Below, one piece after another: positions 41,456-56,219 of a DNA stretch of 64,000 nt. Positions within the stretch are counted from its first letter, which is position 1; each line of letters opens with the position of its first letter. The translations under genes were made by a program, and so were the position numbers. The stretch lies in assembly GCA_951406725.2 (NCBI GenBank), contig OX597840.1, positions 2,356,001 through 2,420,000 on the forward strand. The letters run 5' to 3'. The notes under the pieces were generated by a model that was not told where the DNA came from, searched no databases, and saw only the letters and a program-made list of their open reading frames with translations. The stretch comes from Octopus vulgaris (Eukaryota).

Positions 41456-42412
41456 CTGCAAACCCAATGGCAACAACCAGCATACGCCACTGAACACTAC
41501 CCATATTTATGTCGATAATTCTGACATTTGGAACATATTTTATTCTTTTAAGGACAATAATCTGCGTAGTGCCACTCAATACAGTCCACCCATACTGTTG
41601 GAGGGCATCGCTGAGATCTCGTAGATACACAATCGGATTTAGAATTCTGCGAATCCCAGATTTGTGCCTTTGCGGTAACTATTTCATTTCATGGGAAAAC
41701 TTGTATCATTTGAGTATCATACTTAATATTAACTAGTCGGTGACACTTATTCATTAGTTGTAGTAAGGTATTGTCATCCGATGTGTCCAATATATAGGCC
41801 ATGAATTCGTATATTATCATAGGTTACTGAGGCCAGGTCAGATGAAAAAATTTGATTCTTAAATCACCCATCAGCCATTTTCCCTCCTTTAAAGTTTTCA
41901 ATTCTTTGTTTATACGCCTAGCATTCGTAATAGCATTTTCTCCGGGACGTTTTTTTCTAATTTCAAATATTTATATCTGTTGTTAAACAGTAAAGATTTT
42001 TCTTCAAACACGTTTATAAGTTGGTCAACCGTAGTTTAAATTCAAATTCTTTGAATTCTTTGAATTCAATAATACCTAATTTTCGCAATGTTAGTCTTAC
42101 CTTACTTAAAATCATTTAGTTCTAACATTTCAGAATCACAAAGAACCTGATAACGGTTATGCGATGATGTAAAAGTTCGTTCTGTTCGTTGTATTCAAAG
42201 ATAGGAAGCTTGTCAAAATTTTTGAAGTGATGTTGCTTTGATTGTTAATCGATATAGTAGGATGCGACTGTTTAAGCTTGCAAGCTAAAGCTGTTAAAAT
42301 ATCCATTTGCTGCTTAACACTTTGTTTTTGCATTTCTACGGATTTTTGTTGCATGCACAACAAGTTAATGACATCTGCAGTACCATCCATTTTTATCCTC
42401 GTCGCCAAATAG

Positions 42413-42783
42413 TGTTATAGCGTAGGAACGAACAATGATATTCAGCTCAGATAATGATTATATAAATGAACGAAAAAATACTGCAATAATCCCAAAACAA
42501 AATGGAAAATGGTAAAATGTCATTTCAATTGTACACGATGTAAATGAATAAAAATGTACTAAAAGCAAGCGTCGCGCGATGAAAATTAATAAATCTAGAA
42601 AATGAGTCTATCTATAAAAATATGTCGCCTGATAAAGTCAATAAAATATCACACGATTGGATGAACAAGCCTAAGCTAAAAGATAAACAATGTGGGAGTA
42701 GGAAAACGTCATGTGATAGAATCGTGTCACATGATTGGCTGGATAAAATAAACAATTTATAAAAGGTGCTTTATGTCAAGACA
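42413..42783 (-). mobile_element. Probable 5' LTR of the Gypsy element
   Basis: Minus strand ends ...ctataACA a few nt before the primer-binding site. Candidate TGT start at 42783, two CCAAT boxes. No partner LTR seen, so the distal boundary is uncertain. Confidence 0.55.
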
Positions 42784-42812
42784 AGTGGGGTTGTCTCAAA
42801 AGTAACGAATAT

Positions 42813-43221
42813 AGGCGCAGGAGTGGCTGTGTGGTAAGTAGCTTGCTTACCAACCACATGATTCCTGGTTCAGTCCCACTGCATGGCACCTTGGGCAAGT
42901 ATCTTCTGCTAAAGCTCCGAGCCGACCAATGCCATGTGAGTGGATTTGGTAGACGGAAACTGAAAGAAGCCTGTCGTATATGCATATATATATATATATA
43001 TATGTATGTGTGTATTTGTTTGTGTGTCTGTGTTTGTCCCCCTAGCATTGCTTGACAACCGATGCTGGAGTGTTTACGTCCCCGTCACTTAGCGGTTCGG
43101 CAAAACAGACCGATAGAATAAGTAGTGGGCTTACAAAGAATAGGTCCCGGGGTTTATTTGCTCGACTAAAAGCGGTGCTCCAGCATGGCCGCAGTCAAAT
43201 GACTGAAACAAGTAGAAGAGT
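42813..43221 (+). mobile_element. SINE family A, full length, followed by a diverged family B copy (43230-43420, -)
   Basis: Homology to the other copies. Confidence 0.92.
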
Positions 43222-43429
43222 ATAATAATGATTTCAAATTTTGGCGCAAGGTTAGAAACGTCGGGGCAGGGGTTGAGTCGATTACATAGACCCTTTATCA
43301 ACTTGTAGTTATTTTATCGACCATAAATGGATAACAGGTGGAATTTGAAGTCAGAACGTCAAGACGGACGAAATGCAGTCAAGCATTTTGTGAGGTGTGT
43401 AAACGATTCCGCTCGCACGCAGCCATTAA

Positions 43430-45200
43430 CCATTCCATGACTAAATGGTTGACAGTGCTACAGCTTTAAATAAAATAGGGTCTCATAAAAACCAAAGCCA
43501 TCCCTATTGGAAGAGTAATATTCCAGAGAGACACGCTCCCTCCAGTCCTTTTCTGCTTGGCATTGACACCTTTATCTGACATGCTAAACAGAACTGGATG
43601 TGGATACATGGAATGGAAGCAGTCCGTCGGTTACGACGACGAGGGTTCCGGTTGATCCGAATCAACGGAACTGCCTGCTCCTGAAATTAACGTGTAAGTG
43701 GCTGAGCACTCCACAGATACGTGTACCCTTAACGTAGTTCTCGGGGATATTCAGCGTGACACAGATTGACAAGGCCGGCCCTTTGAAATACAGGTACAAC
43801 AGAAACAGGAAGTAAGAGTGAGAGAAAGTTGTGGTGAAAGAGTACAGCAGGGATCACCACCATCCCCTGTCGGAGCCTCGTGGAGCTTTAGGTGTTTTCG
43901 CTCAATAAACGGTCACAACGCCTGGTCTGGGAATCGAAACCGCGAGTCCGCTGCCCTAACCACTGGGCCATTGCGCCTCCACATGTGGATACAACTGTTA
44001 CGGCAAAACAATCAACCACTACTTATATATTGATGATCTAAAACTGTACGCTACAAATGTTAAACACCTGGAAACATTACTGCAGACAGTTCATATATAT
44101 TCGAAAGAAATAAACATGACATTTGGTTTAGAAAATTTTGCCATGAGAAAAACTAGTTAAGAGTAGCAACACCACACTAGATGAAGCAAATAAAATAAGA
44201 GAATAAAACTAAAGCCAGACATACAAATACTTAGGAATCAATGAACTAGATATGATATAACACACACAAATGAAAAAGAAAACAAAAAGAAGGGGACAGA
44301 TAGTCAACAGCGAAGACATCCAGTTACCAGCTGGCCAGACATTAAAATCACTGAAAGGAGGAAAGAATTATATTTATCTAGGATTATTAGAATTTGACAT
44401 ACTACTAACCGCAGAAAGCTAAATAGTCCGAATCTAGTGAAGGTCGTAAATACTTGGGCAGTATCATTACTTAGATAATCAGCTACTTTTGTAGATTGTA
44501 CAAAAACTGAATTAGCAAAGCTAGACAGAAGAACTAGGAAGGAATCCCAGATGAATGGAGGATTCCACCGAAGGGCAGGAGTAGCAAGATTATACCTACC
44601 TATAAAGGAAGGTGGAAGAGAATTAATATTAGTGTGAGACTGCGTGGAATTAGTCAGAAAAGAATTAGCCTCATATGTAGAAAATAGTAAAGAAATTTTA
44701 TTAAAAGCTTCTAGAATCAAAGCAAAACATAAGGAAACCCCCCCAAAAAAACTAAAACAGAACAGAAATTATCTGGCTTGCAGGAGAAGGCGCTACATTG
44801 TAGATCCCCTAAAATAGTTTCAGCAAATAGTAGTAGTGAGACATGACTATGGCTGTAGAAGGAAAAGCTGAAAAGGGAGACGCAAAGTTTGTTAGTTGCT
44901 GCACAAGATCAAGCATTAAGGACTAATTGGATAAAAGACAAAATAGACAAAAACCAAGTAGACTTTCAATGTAGATTATGCAATCAAAAGAAGAAAAGGT
45001 TACTCATATAGTAAGAGAATATAGCATGACAATCTAGGGAGAGTAATCAACTGGGAGTTATGTAGAAAGCTAGGATTTGAACATACTGATAAATGGTATG
45101 AACATAAAACTAGTTAAGTACTAGAAAGTAATAAATAGAAAATGTTGTAGGGCTTTGCATTAAGACGAACAGAGTAATAGAAGCTACAAGACCTGATTTC

Positions 45201-45258
<58 letters not shown>

Positions 45259-45590
45259 ATAAAGAGAATAGAAAGTGCCAGATAATTGACTTCAGAGTTT
45301 CAAATAATGAAAAGACAGTAAAGCACCAGGATCTAGCTATTGAATCGCAGAGACTATGAAAGGTACGGGTAAACTGTATCCCAGTAGTTATAGGTGTATT
45401 GGGAACTATCCCCGAAGATCTGAACAGATGGACAGAGGAAATAGGCATAAACCCAGTTTATTATAGCTGCAGAAAACAGTATTTTTAGGGACAGCGTGGA
45501 TACTTAGGAGGGTTCTTGGCATCTAAGGCTACTGGCAGCCCGATGTTAGGGTTCTTTTCTATTCCAACAGCCTAATCGGCTGAGTGTATA

Positions 45591-45598
<8 letters not shown>
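43430..45598 (+). mobile_element. R4/Dong-like non-LTR retrotransposon (RT, Cys motif, restriction-like endonuclease), decayed
   Basis: IFQRDTLPPVLFCLALTPLSDMLN, HLLYIDDLKLY, YKYLGI, RLYLPIKEGGR, LVAAQDQALRTN, CRLC, RPDFVVV..IIDF, IPVVIGVLG, LQKTVFLGTAWILRRVLGI*, then (TAA)n. Confidence 0.9.
43609..43982 (-). mobile_element. tRNA-derived SINE, body X with tail T2, 11-bp TSD
   Basis: TSD atgtggataca at 43598-43608 and 43983-43993. The host RT sequence resumes after it. Confidence 0.92.
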
Positions 45599-45662
<64 letters not shown>

Positions 45663-46349
45663 TAATAATAATAATAAAAAATAATAATAATAATAAAATA
45701 ATAATAATAATAATAATAATAAAGAGCATTATGGCTGTGAAAATAACATCCATTCATGAATTTATTTATTTATTAATTTTTTTGAATACATATTTTACCT
45801 GTGAATTTGCATGTGTAATCTGAGAGTGCGTACAATGAGCTTCTCTGCCCTAGTTGTACGGAAAACACAGGGCGAGAAATGGAACCGAAAATTATATGAG
45901 AATGATCCCTGGCTTACCATCCCTGCAAGAAGTGCAAAAGATTGTCTTAACTGGTACATCACACGTATTGAGAAGAGCATTGTCGCTGTGAGAACTATTA
46001 CTACCCATGTATTTTAATTTAACTTAAAAAAAAACGAACGAACTATTGAGTTTATTTTAATGGCCTACCAATGTATACTATGAGTTTTTTTGTCCTAGGA
46101 GTCGGGAAGACACTCGGCAAGAAATAGAAGCAAATTTGAAAGAAGAAAAAAAAAGTAATAATAATAATAATAATAATAATTTTTTTTACTCTCGGCAAGA
46201 GTCTTGAAATTTGTAGGGAGGGTACTCCAGTGATTAACTGGTCCTTATTTTATTGACCTCGAAAGGATAAAAGGCAAAGTCGAGGTCACTTCATCATGCA
46301 AACTATAATTTTGATCATCAGCTTTCTTTATTCTACTTTTACAGCTACT

Positions 46350-46539
46350 ACGAGCACCACCTTCTTCAACAACACCACCACAAACACCACAAACACACTA
46401 CAACGCCACTACTATTACTACTACTAGAAGTAATATTACTACTAACACTACCACCACCAACACTGCTACAAACACAAACACCACTACCACTACTACTACT
46501 ACTAGTAGTACTACTACGCATTTTTAATATCATTTTCAA

Positions 46540-46579
<40 letters not shown>

Positions 46580-46763
46580 GTCGTTATTGTTATTATTATT
46601 GTTGTTGTTGTTGTTGTTATTATTATTATTGTCATTGTTATTGTTATTATTATTATTATTATTGTTCTTGTTGTCGTTGTTATTATTATTATTAAACATT
46701 ATTATTTTTTTGTTGTTATTGTTATTATTATTATTATTATTGTTGTTGTTGTTGTTCTTGTTC

Positions 46764-46794
<31 letters not shown>

Positions 46795-46836
46795 GAAACA
46801 TTATTATTATTTTTGTTGTTATTGTTTTTATTATTA

Positions 46837-46910
<74 letters not shown>

Positions 46911-47414
46911 GTTGTTGTTTTTATTATTATTGTTATTATTAGTAGCAGTAGTAATAGTAGTGTTAGTATTATTATTATTATTATTATTATTGTTGATGTT
47001 GCTGCTGATGTGCTTCTTTCCTAGATATTCTTGTAGATGCTATGGCTGTTTTTAATGAAGTCAGGAGGTCTTCCGCTACGAAATAAAACTATAAAGACAA
47101 ACCGGATTAATTAGGTGGAAGCCATTGTCATTCATGGTGTCGCTGATGCTGCTGAGGCTACTGCTGCTACTGGTGATCATGCAAACGAATGAGTGTGGCG
47201 TGGGTAGCAGTGTTGTTGGTGATGTTCTACGATGTAGTGAAGATGGTGACGAGAGCGTTGGTAGTGACGATATTGAAGTTGACGACAAGGCTTGTGACGC
47301 TGATAAAAGTCGTCTTGGAATTCAATGGAGAGGCTGTTGACAATGCTGGCAAGGAATTTTGACAGCGATAGGGAAGAGAAAGTGGAGGACGACGATAAGG
47401 ATGTTGGCGATATG

Positions 47415-47488
<74 letters not shown>

Positions 47489-47720
47489 GTGATGATAGTC
47501 TTGTTGATGATGATGATGATGATGGTGATGATGGTGATGATGATGATGATGGTGGTGATGATAGTGTTGTTGTTGATGATGATGGGTATGATGATTATGA
47601 TGAAGATGATGTTGGTGATGATGATGATGGTGATGATGATGATGATGATGATCATGATAGTGTTGTTGATGACGATGATGATGATGATGGTGGTGGTGGT
47701 TGTGATGAAGATGATGTTGG

Positions 47721-47752
<32 letters not shown>

Positions 47753-48320
47753 GTGGTGATGATGATGATGAGGATAATGATGTGGATGATGATGATGAAA
47801 ATTGTAGTGGTGATGATGAGTGTGATAATAATGACGATGATGACGACAGTGATGACGATGAGGATAATGATAATAATAATGATGATGATGGAGACGACGG
47901 CAATGACGATGATGATGATGATGATGATGAAGATTGTAGTAATGCTGTTGGAGTGATGATGATTATGATGATGATGATGACGATGATGATGATCATCATC
48001 ATACTGACGATAGCTATTATGACGACGATGATGATGATGATTATAACGATGATGCTGATGTTGTTGACGAATGGTGATAATGAAGATGATAATGAGTAGG
48101 TGTGGGAGACGGAAGAGTTTGGAGGAGGCAGAAAGGAGGAGCTAGTGGAAGAGATGATAGCAGATGATGTCGAAGAAGTTGATGAAACTCATTTTGGACG
48201 AGAAGGCAGAGGACCGGTGGAGAAGGAGGAGGAGTAGCAATAGGAGGAGGAAGAGGAGGTGGTAGTGACGGCGATGATGATAATGCTGATGGTGATGATG
48301 TCAACGATAACGTCGATGAA
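46350..48320. repeat. Compound trinucleotide low-complexity block (TTA, TTG, GAT, CTA)
   Basis: Directly visible. It explains the poly-D/M/L/N ORFs. Confidence 0.92.
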
Positions 48321-48520
48321 TTAATCGTTAATTCTGCGAATGTTTTGTGTTATTCGATATCCTTTTTTTTGTGTTTTTTTTTCATTTATATTGTTTATAT
48401 TTTTTCCTTTATATTGTTTTTTTTACCTTAATATAATAGCTTCACAATTGTTTTCTCTCGCCTTCCTGTTACAAATGTTGTTCAAAATTATAAACCAACA
48501 AATAAATTTAAAACAAACGG

Positions 48521-49250
48521 CGCGCAGGAGTGGCTGTGTGGTAAGTAGCTTGCTTACCAACCACATGGTTCCGGGTTCAGTCCCACTGCGTGGCACCTTG
48601 GTCAAGTGTCTACTACTATAGCCTCAGGCCGACCAAAGCCTTGTGAATGGATTTGGTAGACGGAAATTGGAAGAAGCCCAACGTATATATGTATATATAT
48701 GTATGTGTGTATATGTATGTGTGTAGACATACATATATGTATGTGTGTAGATGGAAACTGAAAGAAGCCTGTTGTATATATGTATATATATATGTGTGTG
48801 TGTATATGTTTGTGTGTCTGTGTTTGACCCCCTAGCATTGCTTGACAACCGATGCTGGTGTGTTTGCGTCCCCGTCACTTAGCGGTTCGGCAAAAGAGAC
48901 CGATAGAATAAGTACTGGGCTTACAAAGAATAAGTCCCGAGGTCGATTTGCTTGACTAAAGGCGGTGCTCCAGCATGGCCGCAGTCAAATGACTGAAACA
49001 AGTAAAAGAGTAAAGAGTAAACAGTATGTTTGTGTGTCTGCGTTTGCCCCCCCCCCCCCAACAACAACATTGCTTGACAACCGATGCTGGTGTGTTTACG
49101 TCCCTGTAACTTAGCGGTTCAGCAAAAGAGACTGATAGAATAAGTACTAGGCTTACAAAGAATAAGTCCTGGGGTCGATTTACTCGACTAGAAGGCGGTG
49201 TTCCAGCATGGCCGCAGTCAAATGACTGAAACAAGTAAAAGAGAGTAAAG
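48521..49250 (+). mobile_element. SINE family A with internal duplication, plus a second 3' half in tandem
   Basis: ggaaactgaaagaagcc segment occurs twice. Second body/tail at 49025-49250. Confidence 0.88.
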
Positions 49251-50419
49251 CGAAAGAGTGGTTTTGTTTTGAATTTTGTTTTATAAACAAAAATGGTGAT
49301 CTTGATTTCATTGTTGATATTTCGTATCACGTGCTTCTCCGACACATGCGCAGTCTCATACTCTCAGACACATACCTATGCAGATAAATATATAATAGTG
49401 TTATGAAGGAGAGTATAAGATATGGTTCTGTTAACTATGATTTGCCATGGTAAATTTGTAAAACTGTTTAGTTTTCTGTGTAATAATTATGTAATTGTGG
49501 TAATAATTATCGGTATCATTACTATTCACAGTTATTTCCATATTCTTGCCCACCAGTTGAAAACGAGACTTTGGGAATAATATTTAAATATGGCTCCTGA
49601 TCAACAATGTTCACGACTAGAACAACTAACGATAGATACGGTAAAACCTATTTACGGTAAAACTTATCTATGGCCTATTATGTCCAGTCTTGTGCATTCA
49701 AAAATCTCGCCAGTTCAAATAATCAGAATTACTACAGTAATATTGTTTAGATTTCTGTGTAATCATTCTATAACTTTGCCTCATGTTGGAGAATCTGAGA
49801 AAATTTCAGAATTACGTTACGTGATAAATGATTGTCTCATATCGTCAGGGGATGTATTGGCTGTGTGGATTACCTAGCGGCCAAGAAGATGATTGGCGAA
49901 GAAGGAAATTCGTAGCTGTTTTGAAGGCACGTGACCTGGTCGAAGCCCTGTGCATGAGTATAGAAGGAAGATTGTCCCTTTGTGTGGAAAGTTAATAGGT
50001 AAAGAGAAAAGTTGTGGATGTTATGAAGTCACACGACTACCTCGAATATCTTAGATTAGTGCACGAGTATTTTTCTGGCAATTTATCTTATCGATAAATT
50101 CAACAGGATCAAAGCAGGAAGGGGAAATTCGGCGCGACGATGTGATTAAGGTCCAAAATCTTGAAACGAGTATCCAATGTTGAGTTTTTATTTTTCGTAT
50201 TCGCCACAAGTCCTTAGTGTGCTTATTGGTTACGTTTTGTTGTTTGTAATGCTGCTGATAATAATGATGAGGGGAGGGTGGAAATAAAAGGTGGGATGGG
50301 AATGAGGAGCGGGTGGAAATGCAGGGGATGGGGAACTGAAAAAGGTAGACAGGAAAGGACAAGTAAAGAAGGTGGAAGTGAAGGGGTAGGAAGAGGTAAC
50401 AATTTGAAGTGTTAGGGAA

Positions 50420-50775
50420 AGCTGATGATGATGATGGTAATGACGATCATGACGGTGGTTGTCGTGGCTCGTTGATAATGACGACGACGACGATGATGAT
50501 GTTGATGATGGTGATGATGATGATGATGATGATGATGACGATGATGATGGTTATGATGATGATGACGATGACGATAACGATGATGATGATGGTGATGATC
50601 ATAATGATGATGATGATGATAACGATGATGATGGTTATGATGATGAGGATGAGGATGATGACGATTATGACGATGATGATGGTGATGATGAGGGAGAGGA
50701 TGATGTCGACAGTGTTATCATTGTCGTGATAACAACGACGACAATGATGATAATGATGAAGATGATGATGATGAT

Positions 50776-50807
<32 letters not shown>

Positions 50808-50922
50808 TGATGATGATAAAGAATCTATCATTGCTGACGGACTACTTCCTGTCGGTTACCGTTTAAGGAGTCTCAAATTATGAAGAAAAAAAAACAGCAG
50901 TAGCACCTCAGGGACAACCACC

Positions 50923-50954
<32 letters not shown>

Positions 50955-52321
50955 CAGCAACAGCAGCAACAAGAACAACAACAACAATTGTTAATTATGA
51001 TAACAATAAATATGGCGTTTTTTTCAGTTATTAATCTGTTTTTTGTTTTTTATTGACATCCATGGTGGCACGTTTGCTAGGTTCCGCCATTCCATGTTTT
51101 TGTTGATGTTGGTTTTGTTATTGCTGGTGGTGTGTTTAAATTGGTGTCCCTTGTGTTGTTGTGGATGTTGTTGTTGTTGTTGTTATGGGTAGAGGTAGCC
51201 GTAATGGTGGTGTTTTTTTTTGTTGCAGCTGTTGGCATCTTTAAATTATTCTCTTACCATTGTGGCTGTTGTTGTTATTGTTGCTGTGGCCGTTGTTAGT
51301 GTCTTCAATTTCCTCTTCTAGTTGTTTTAGTGGGTGTTGTTTGCGTTTTTCTTCTCTCTTCTCGTTCTTCCTCTGCTTCTTCTCATTCTTTATCTTTTCC
51401 TTCCTCTTCTTCTCTTTCCTCTTCTTTTCTTCTTCTGTCTTCTTCGTCGGTGTCGTCGTCTTCTTCTTCTTCTTCTTCTTCTTCTTCTTCTTCTTCTTCT
51501 TCTTCTTCTTCTTCTTCTTCTGCTCCCCTTCCTTCTTTTCCGTGTTTTCCTCTTTCTTCCTCTCCACATTCTTTTTCATCCTTTTTTCTTCTTCTCCTCC
51601 TCTTTCTTTTCTTTTCTTCTTCTTCTTCTTTTTCTTCTCATCCTTCTTCACCTCCCTCTTCTTCACTTCCTTCTTCTCCCTCTCCTTCTCCTCTTCCTCC
51701 GCCTAAACCTTCTTCTTCTCCTTCTTCTCCTCCTCCTCCACCTCCTGCTCCCCCCTGCATTTCCGTCTTTTCCGCTTTCTTCTCCTCCTAATTCTTTTTT
51801 CTGTTTTAGTTCTTTTTCTTCTGCTTCTTCTCTCTTTCTCTTCTCTTCTTTCTTCTCCTCCTTCATCTTCTTACCCTTCTCCTCCTTTCCCTCCTTCATC
51901 ATCACCTATACCTCCTTACTGCCACAACCATTCCTGTTTGCAATGTTATTGCCGTTTAATATGAAACATCATAAATAAAACCAAGAGGTATTTTCCTCTG
52001 ACTGTTCCTGGTCCCTCCAAACTGCCATTTTTATTACTACTGCTCTTCTTATTATTGCTGTTTTTGCTACTTCCTTTTGTTCTATCCTCCCACTCGTCCC
52101 ACTGGTATTTTGTTGCTCTCTCTCATCTTCTTCCTGTGGTTGCTGTCCTTATTTTATTGCCGCTGTTGATGACCACCTGGTGGTGGATGTTGTCTCTATT
52201 GTTTTTGTTTTTTATCATTGTTATAGCTGCAGCTACTGTTGCTTTCTTCTTCTTCTTCTTCTTCTTCTTCTTCTTCTTCCCCTCCCCCTCCTCCTCCTTC
52301 TTCTTCTTCTTCTCCTCTCTC

Positions 52322-52352
<31 letters not shown>

Positions 52353-52500
52353 CCTCCTCCTTCTTCTTCTTTTTCGTCTTCTTCCTCTCCTTCTCATTCT
52401 TCTTCCCCTCCACCTCCTCCTTCTTCTTCTTCTTCTTTTTCTTCTCCTTTTTTCCTCTTCTTCTTCTTCTTCTTCTTCTTCTTCTTCTTCTTCTTCTTCT
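50420..52500. repeat. (GAT)n, (CAA)n and (CTT)n low-complexity block
   Basis: Directly visible. Confidence 0.9.
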
Positions 52501-52629
52501 CGGCAATAAGAGCTTGCGGATATTCCGCTACAAAACATTCAATAAAATTCAAGCTGTAACTTTCATAAATCAGGGTATAATTTTTGAAGTCTCTTTCTGA
52601 ACCAAGTCAACGACGGTTATCTCTGCAGG

Positions 52630-53164
52630 CAGTGGTTCTCATAGCTTCTGATCTTAACTGTTTGGAAGTGTTATCATGTACATTGTTTTGTCTTGGTATA
52701 AAAGATGGGCTACAGCAAATATTCTGCTCAATACCACAGATTTGCTTGTCAGTTGTTTGACCTTAACCAGTTGAGCATGTCCCTTAGTGGCTGACGATAT
52801 GTGCATCTCTGATCACGAGCAGAAGTAGTGGGGGAGCATCATAGCCATGTGTTGAGAGGGATTCTTTGGGGTTTGAATAATTCACCTCTGGAAACATGGG
52901 TGGTTCTTTCAACATCCTTAAACAACCCTTATTCAGGGACCTTTTCAATGGGATGGGCTACTCAACCTGAAGAAAATTCTTACTGGGCCCCACCTGCAAG
53001 GTCATGCACTGATTTTCTTGATATGAGATCACCATGTCACGCACATATTGTTGTGATGCACGTGATTGGTGTACCCTTATCAGACGGGTAGTCATGATGT
53101 ATATACTCGGCTTCGTATATTTTATCCCAGTATCACTTTGATGGCATGCACTGCTCTCTCACTC

Positions 53165-53165
<1 letters not shown>
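52630..53165 (+). mobile_element. Probable retroposon 3' UTR-type repeat ending in an (AAT)n tail
   Basis: Complex, higher-GC block ending sharply at ctctctcactc(aat)n. No coding homology recognised. Confidence 0.45.
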
Positions 53166-53240
<75 letters not shown>

Positions 53241-53870
53241 TTAATAATACTAAGTATTATTATTATTATTTTATTATTATTATTATTATTGTTGTTGTTG
53301 TTGTTGTTGTTGTGCTATTGCTATTGGCTTCTCTAACTTAGTATTTCTCCATTGCCTTCTGTTGTTGAACTTGATGTTATTTCTATCAATGTCCTTAACT
53401 TGTTGTTTATTTAGCTATAGTCATTGGATGTTGTTGTTGTTGTTGCTGTTGTTGTTGTTGTTTTTGTTGTTGTTGTTATATTGCACTTGTTACTGCCCTT
53501 CATTTCCTTCTTGCACTTAATAATTACATTTATACTGTGTCTACTACACTCTCCTTCTTCTCATCAGCCTTCTTCTTCTTCTTCTTCTTCTTCTTCTTCT
53601 TCGGCTTCTACTTCGTCTTTTTTTCCTACCTCTTCTTCTTCGTCTTCTCCGTCTTCTCCGTCTTCTCCGTCTTCTTCTTCGTCTTCTTCTTCTTCACCTT
53701 CTTTTACTTCTTTTTCTTCTACATCTTTTAATTACTATGATTATCATTATTATTACTGTTATTATTGTATTGTTGTAGTAGTTGTTATTATTATCATTAC
53801 CATCATTATCGTCATCATCTTCGTCGCCGTTGTCATCAATATTAGTCGTATTAATTTTTGAAGTTGTGAG

Positions 53871-53955
<85 letters not shown>

Positions 53956-53961
53956 TTATTA

Positions 53962-54023
<62 letters not shown>

Positions 54024-54029
54024 TTATTA

Positions 54030-54074
<45 letters not shown>

Positions 54075-54080
54075 TTATTA

Positions 54081-54155
<75 letters not shown>

Positions 54156-54164
54156 TCCTTATTA

Positions 54165-54222
<58 letters not shown>

Positions 54223-54667
54223 TATTGTTATTACTATCATTATCATTATTATTATTTTATTATTATTATTATTATCATTATTATTACTATTATCATTATT
54301 AATATAATTATTATTATTATTACTATTATTATCATTATTATTATTATTAGTAGTAGTAGTAGTAGTGGTGGTGGTGGTGGTGGTGGTGGTGGTGGTGGTG
54401 GTGGTGGCGGTGGTGGTAGTAGTGCTATTTTACCTTTATTACGAATATTAATATTGACGCCGTTGTTTTATTGTTGTTCTGCTTAATATTAATGTTGTTG
54501 TGGTTGTTGTTGTTGTTGTTGTCCATATTGTCGCTAGAGATCTCATAAGCATAATTTCTTTTTTTCTTTTTTAACGTGGTCGTAATGGGATTGGATATAT
54601 TCTCTTTTTGACGCTACTGTTGTTGATAGAAATATATTTATTACATTTTATTCATTATTTATTATTA

Positions 54668-54719
<52 letters not shown>

Positions 54720-54830
54720 GATTAATATTAATATTATTATTATTATTGTCTTTGTTTTTATAAGTAGTAGTATTATTATTATTACTAGTAGTAGTAGTAG
54801 TACTTGGTGGTAGTTGTGGTGGTGGTGGTG

Positions 54831-54887
<57 letters not shown>

Positions 54888-54900
54888 ATTGTAGTAGTAG
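53165..54900. repeat. Compound trinucleotide block (AAT/TTA, GTT, CTT, GGT, AGT)
   Basis: Directly visible. Confidence 0.92.
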
Positions 54901-55103
54901 TGTTATCGTAGTCGTTATTTCTCCTAAAAAATTTTCATAAGCATTTTCATAAGCAGTCGATATAAGCGAATATTTATGAAACACTGAACGTTATATATAT
55001 ATATATATATTCGGTGTCCCCTCTCATTTTCCTTTCACAGACGCTTACATTCACAAGCTGACACACACATAAAGACAAGCACACTCATACATACATACAT
55101 ACA

Positions 55104-55136
<33 letters not shown>

Positions 55137-55519
55137 GTGTGTGTATGTGTGTGTGTGTCTGTGTATTTAGAGTTATATATTCAAGTTACATTTAGGCCAG
55201 GCAGTCATAACTGTCGTAGATTAATATAATTTTAGTATATCGATATTGCACTTCTAATAAGCTGACCTGCCACACTTTTGTTCTTAATGATTAGAAGAGA
55301 TGGATATAACAGCCCTGAGAACACATCCTACCAAACTCTGTTCGACTACTTTGCAGAATGCAGGTTATATATGAAGGTAATTGAGAACTGCTTTTACGTG
55401 ACGTAATAGTACTGCTCCCGAATAAAGAACTCGTCTGAAACAGCTGTAGTGAACTTAAATCAATGTGTGTCATTGTTCATATATATATATATATAAAGAA
55501 ATGTGTGTGTATATATATA

Positions 55520-55909
55520 TTCGGTGTCCCTCACATTTTCCTTTTACGTGCAAAATCGATATTCATCCCTGTGCCTGGAAAATATGGTATACCTGCCGTA
55601 GTGCTTTATTTAATTCGTTCTTAGTCGAAAGACACCTGTTGTTATGTCCTGTTATTATTTTTATTGCATTTGTGTAACATTGTCCGTTTTTTTTCAGTCC
55701 TTGTTCTTGTATACATTCACTGCTTTCTTCCTAGGAATGTCATGCTCTTAGCTTAGTTTTTGCTTGGGACTGGCCAGATTGGAGCAATCTCAAGTATAAT
55801 CAGCCGAAATTGCGAAGATAACCTGGTACTCGACCGAGGAAAGAAAACTCCGAATGACCCATCCTTGTTTACTTTGTATCGTCTATCTGGATGTTTTGTT
55901 ATCCCATTT

Positions 55910-55915
<6 letters not shown>
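55520..55915 (+). repeat. Dispersed repeat D, TA-flanked
   Basis: tagcttagtttt..cttggg.ctggcc.gat.ggagc.atctcaag..taatcagccgaaattgcga shared with 37208-37405. Confidence 0.75.
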
Positions 55916-55954
<39 letters not shown>

Positions 55955-56097
55955 CCTTTAAAATGTTTCAGCTCGAAGGCTGCGGCCATGCTGGGGCACC
56001 ACCGTTGAATGAGCTACACTAGTATGTGAAACCACCTCTGATGCGTGGCACTTAATCAACATATATATAAATTTATATACATATACATACAGATATA

Positions 56098-56153
<56 letters not shown>

Positions 56154-56219
56154 GTATATATATATATATATATATATATGCATATATGTGTATGTATATA
56201 TATATATATAAATATATAT

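Noticed and set aside
47359-48099. 246-aa poly-Asp ORF resembling an acidic biomineral protein
   Set aside because: It is a (GAT)n tract that is open in several frames and on both strands, with no signal peptide or splice evidence.
49590-49877. 95-aa complex ORF MAPDQQCSRL...
   Set aside because: No recognisable domain or splice support, and the length is compatible with chance.
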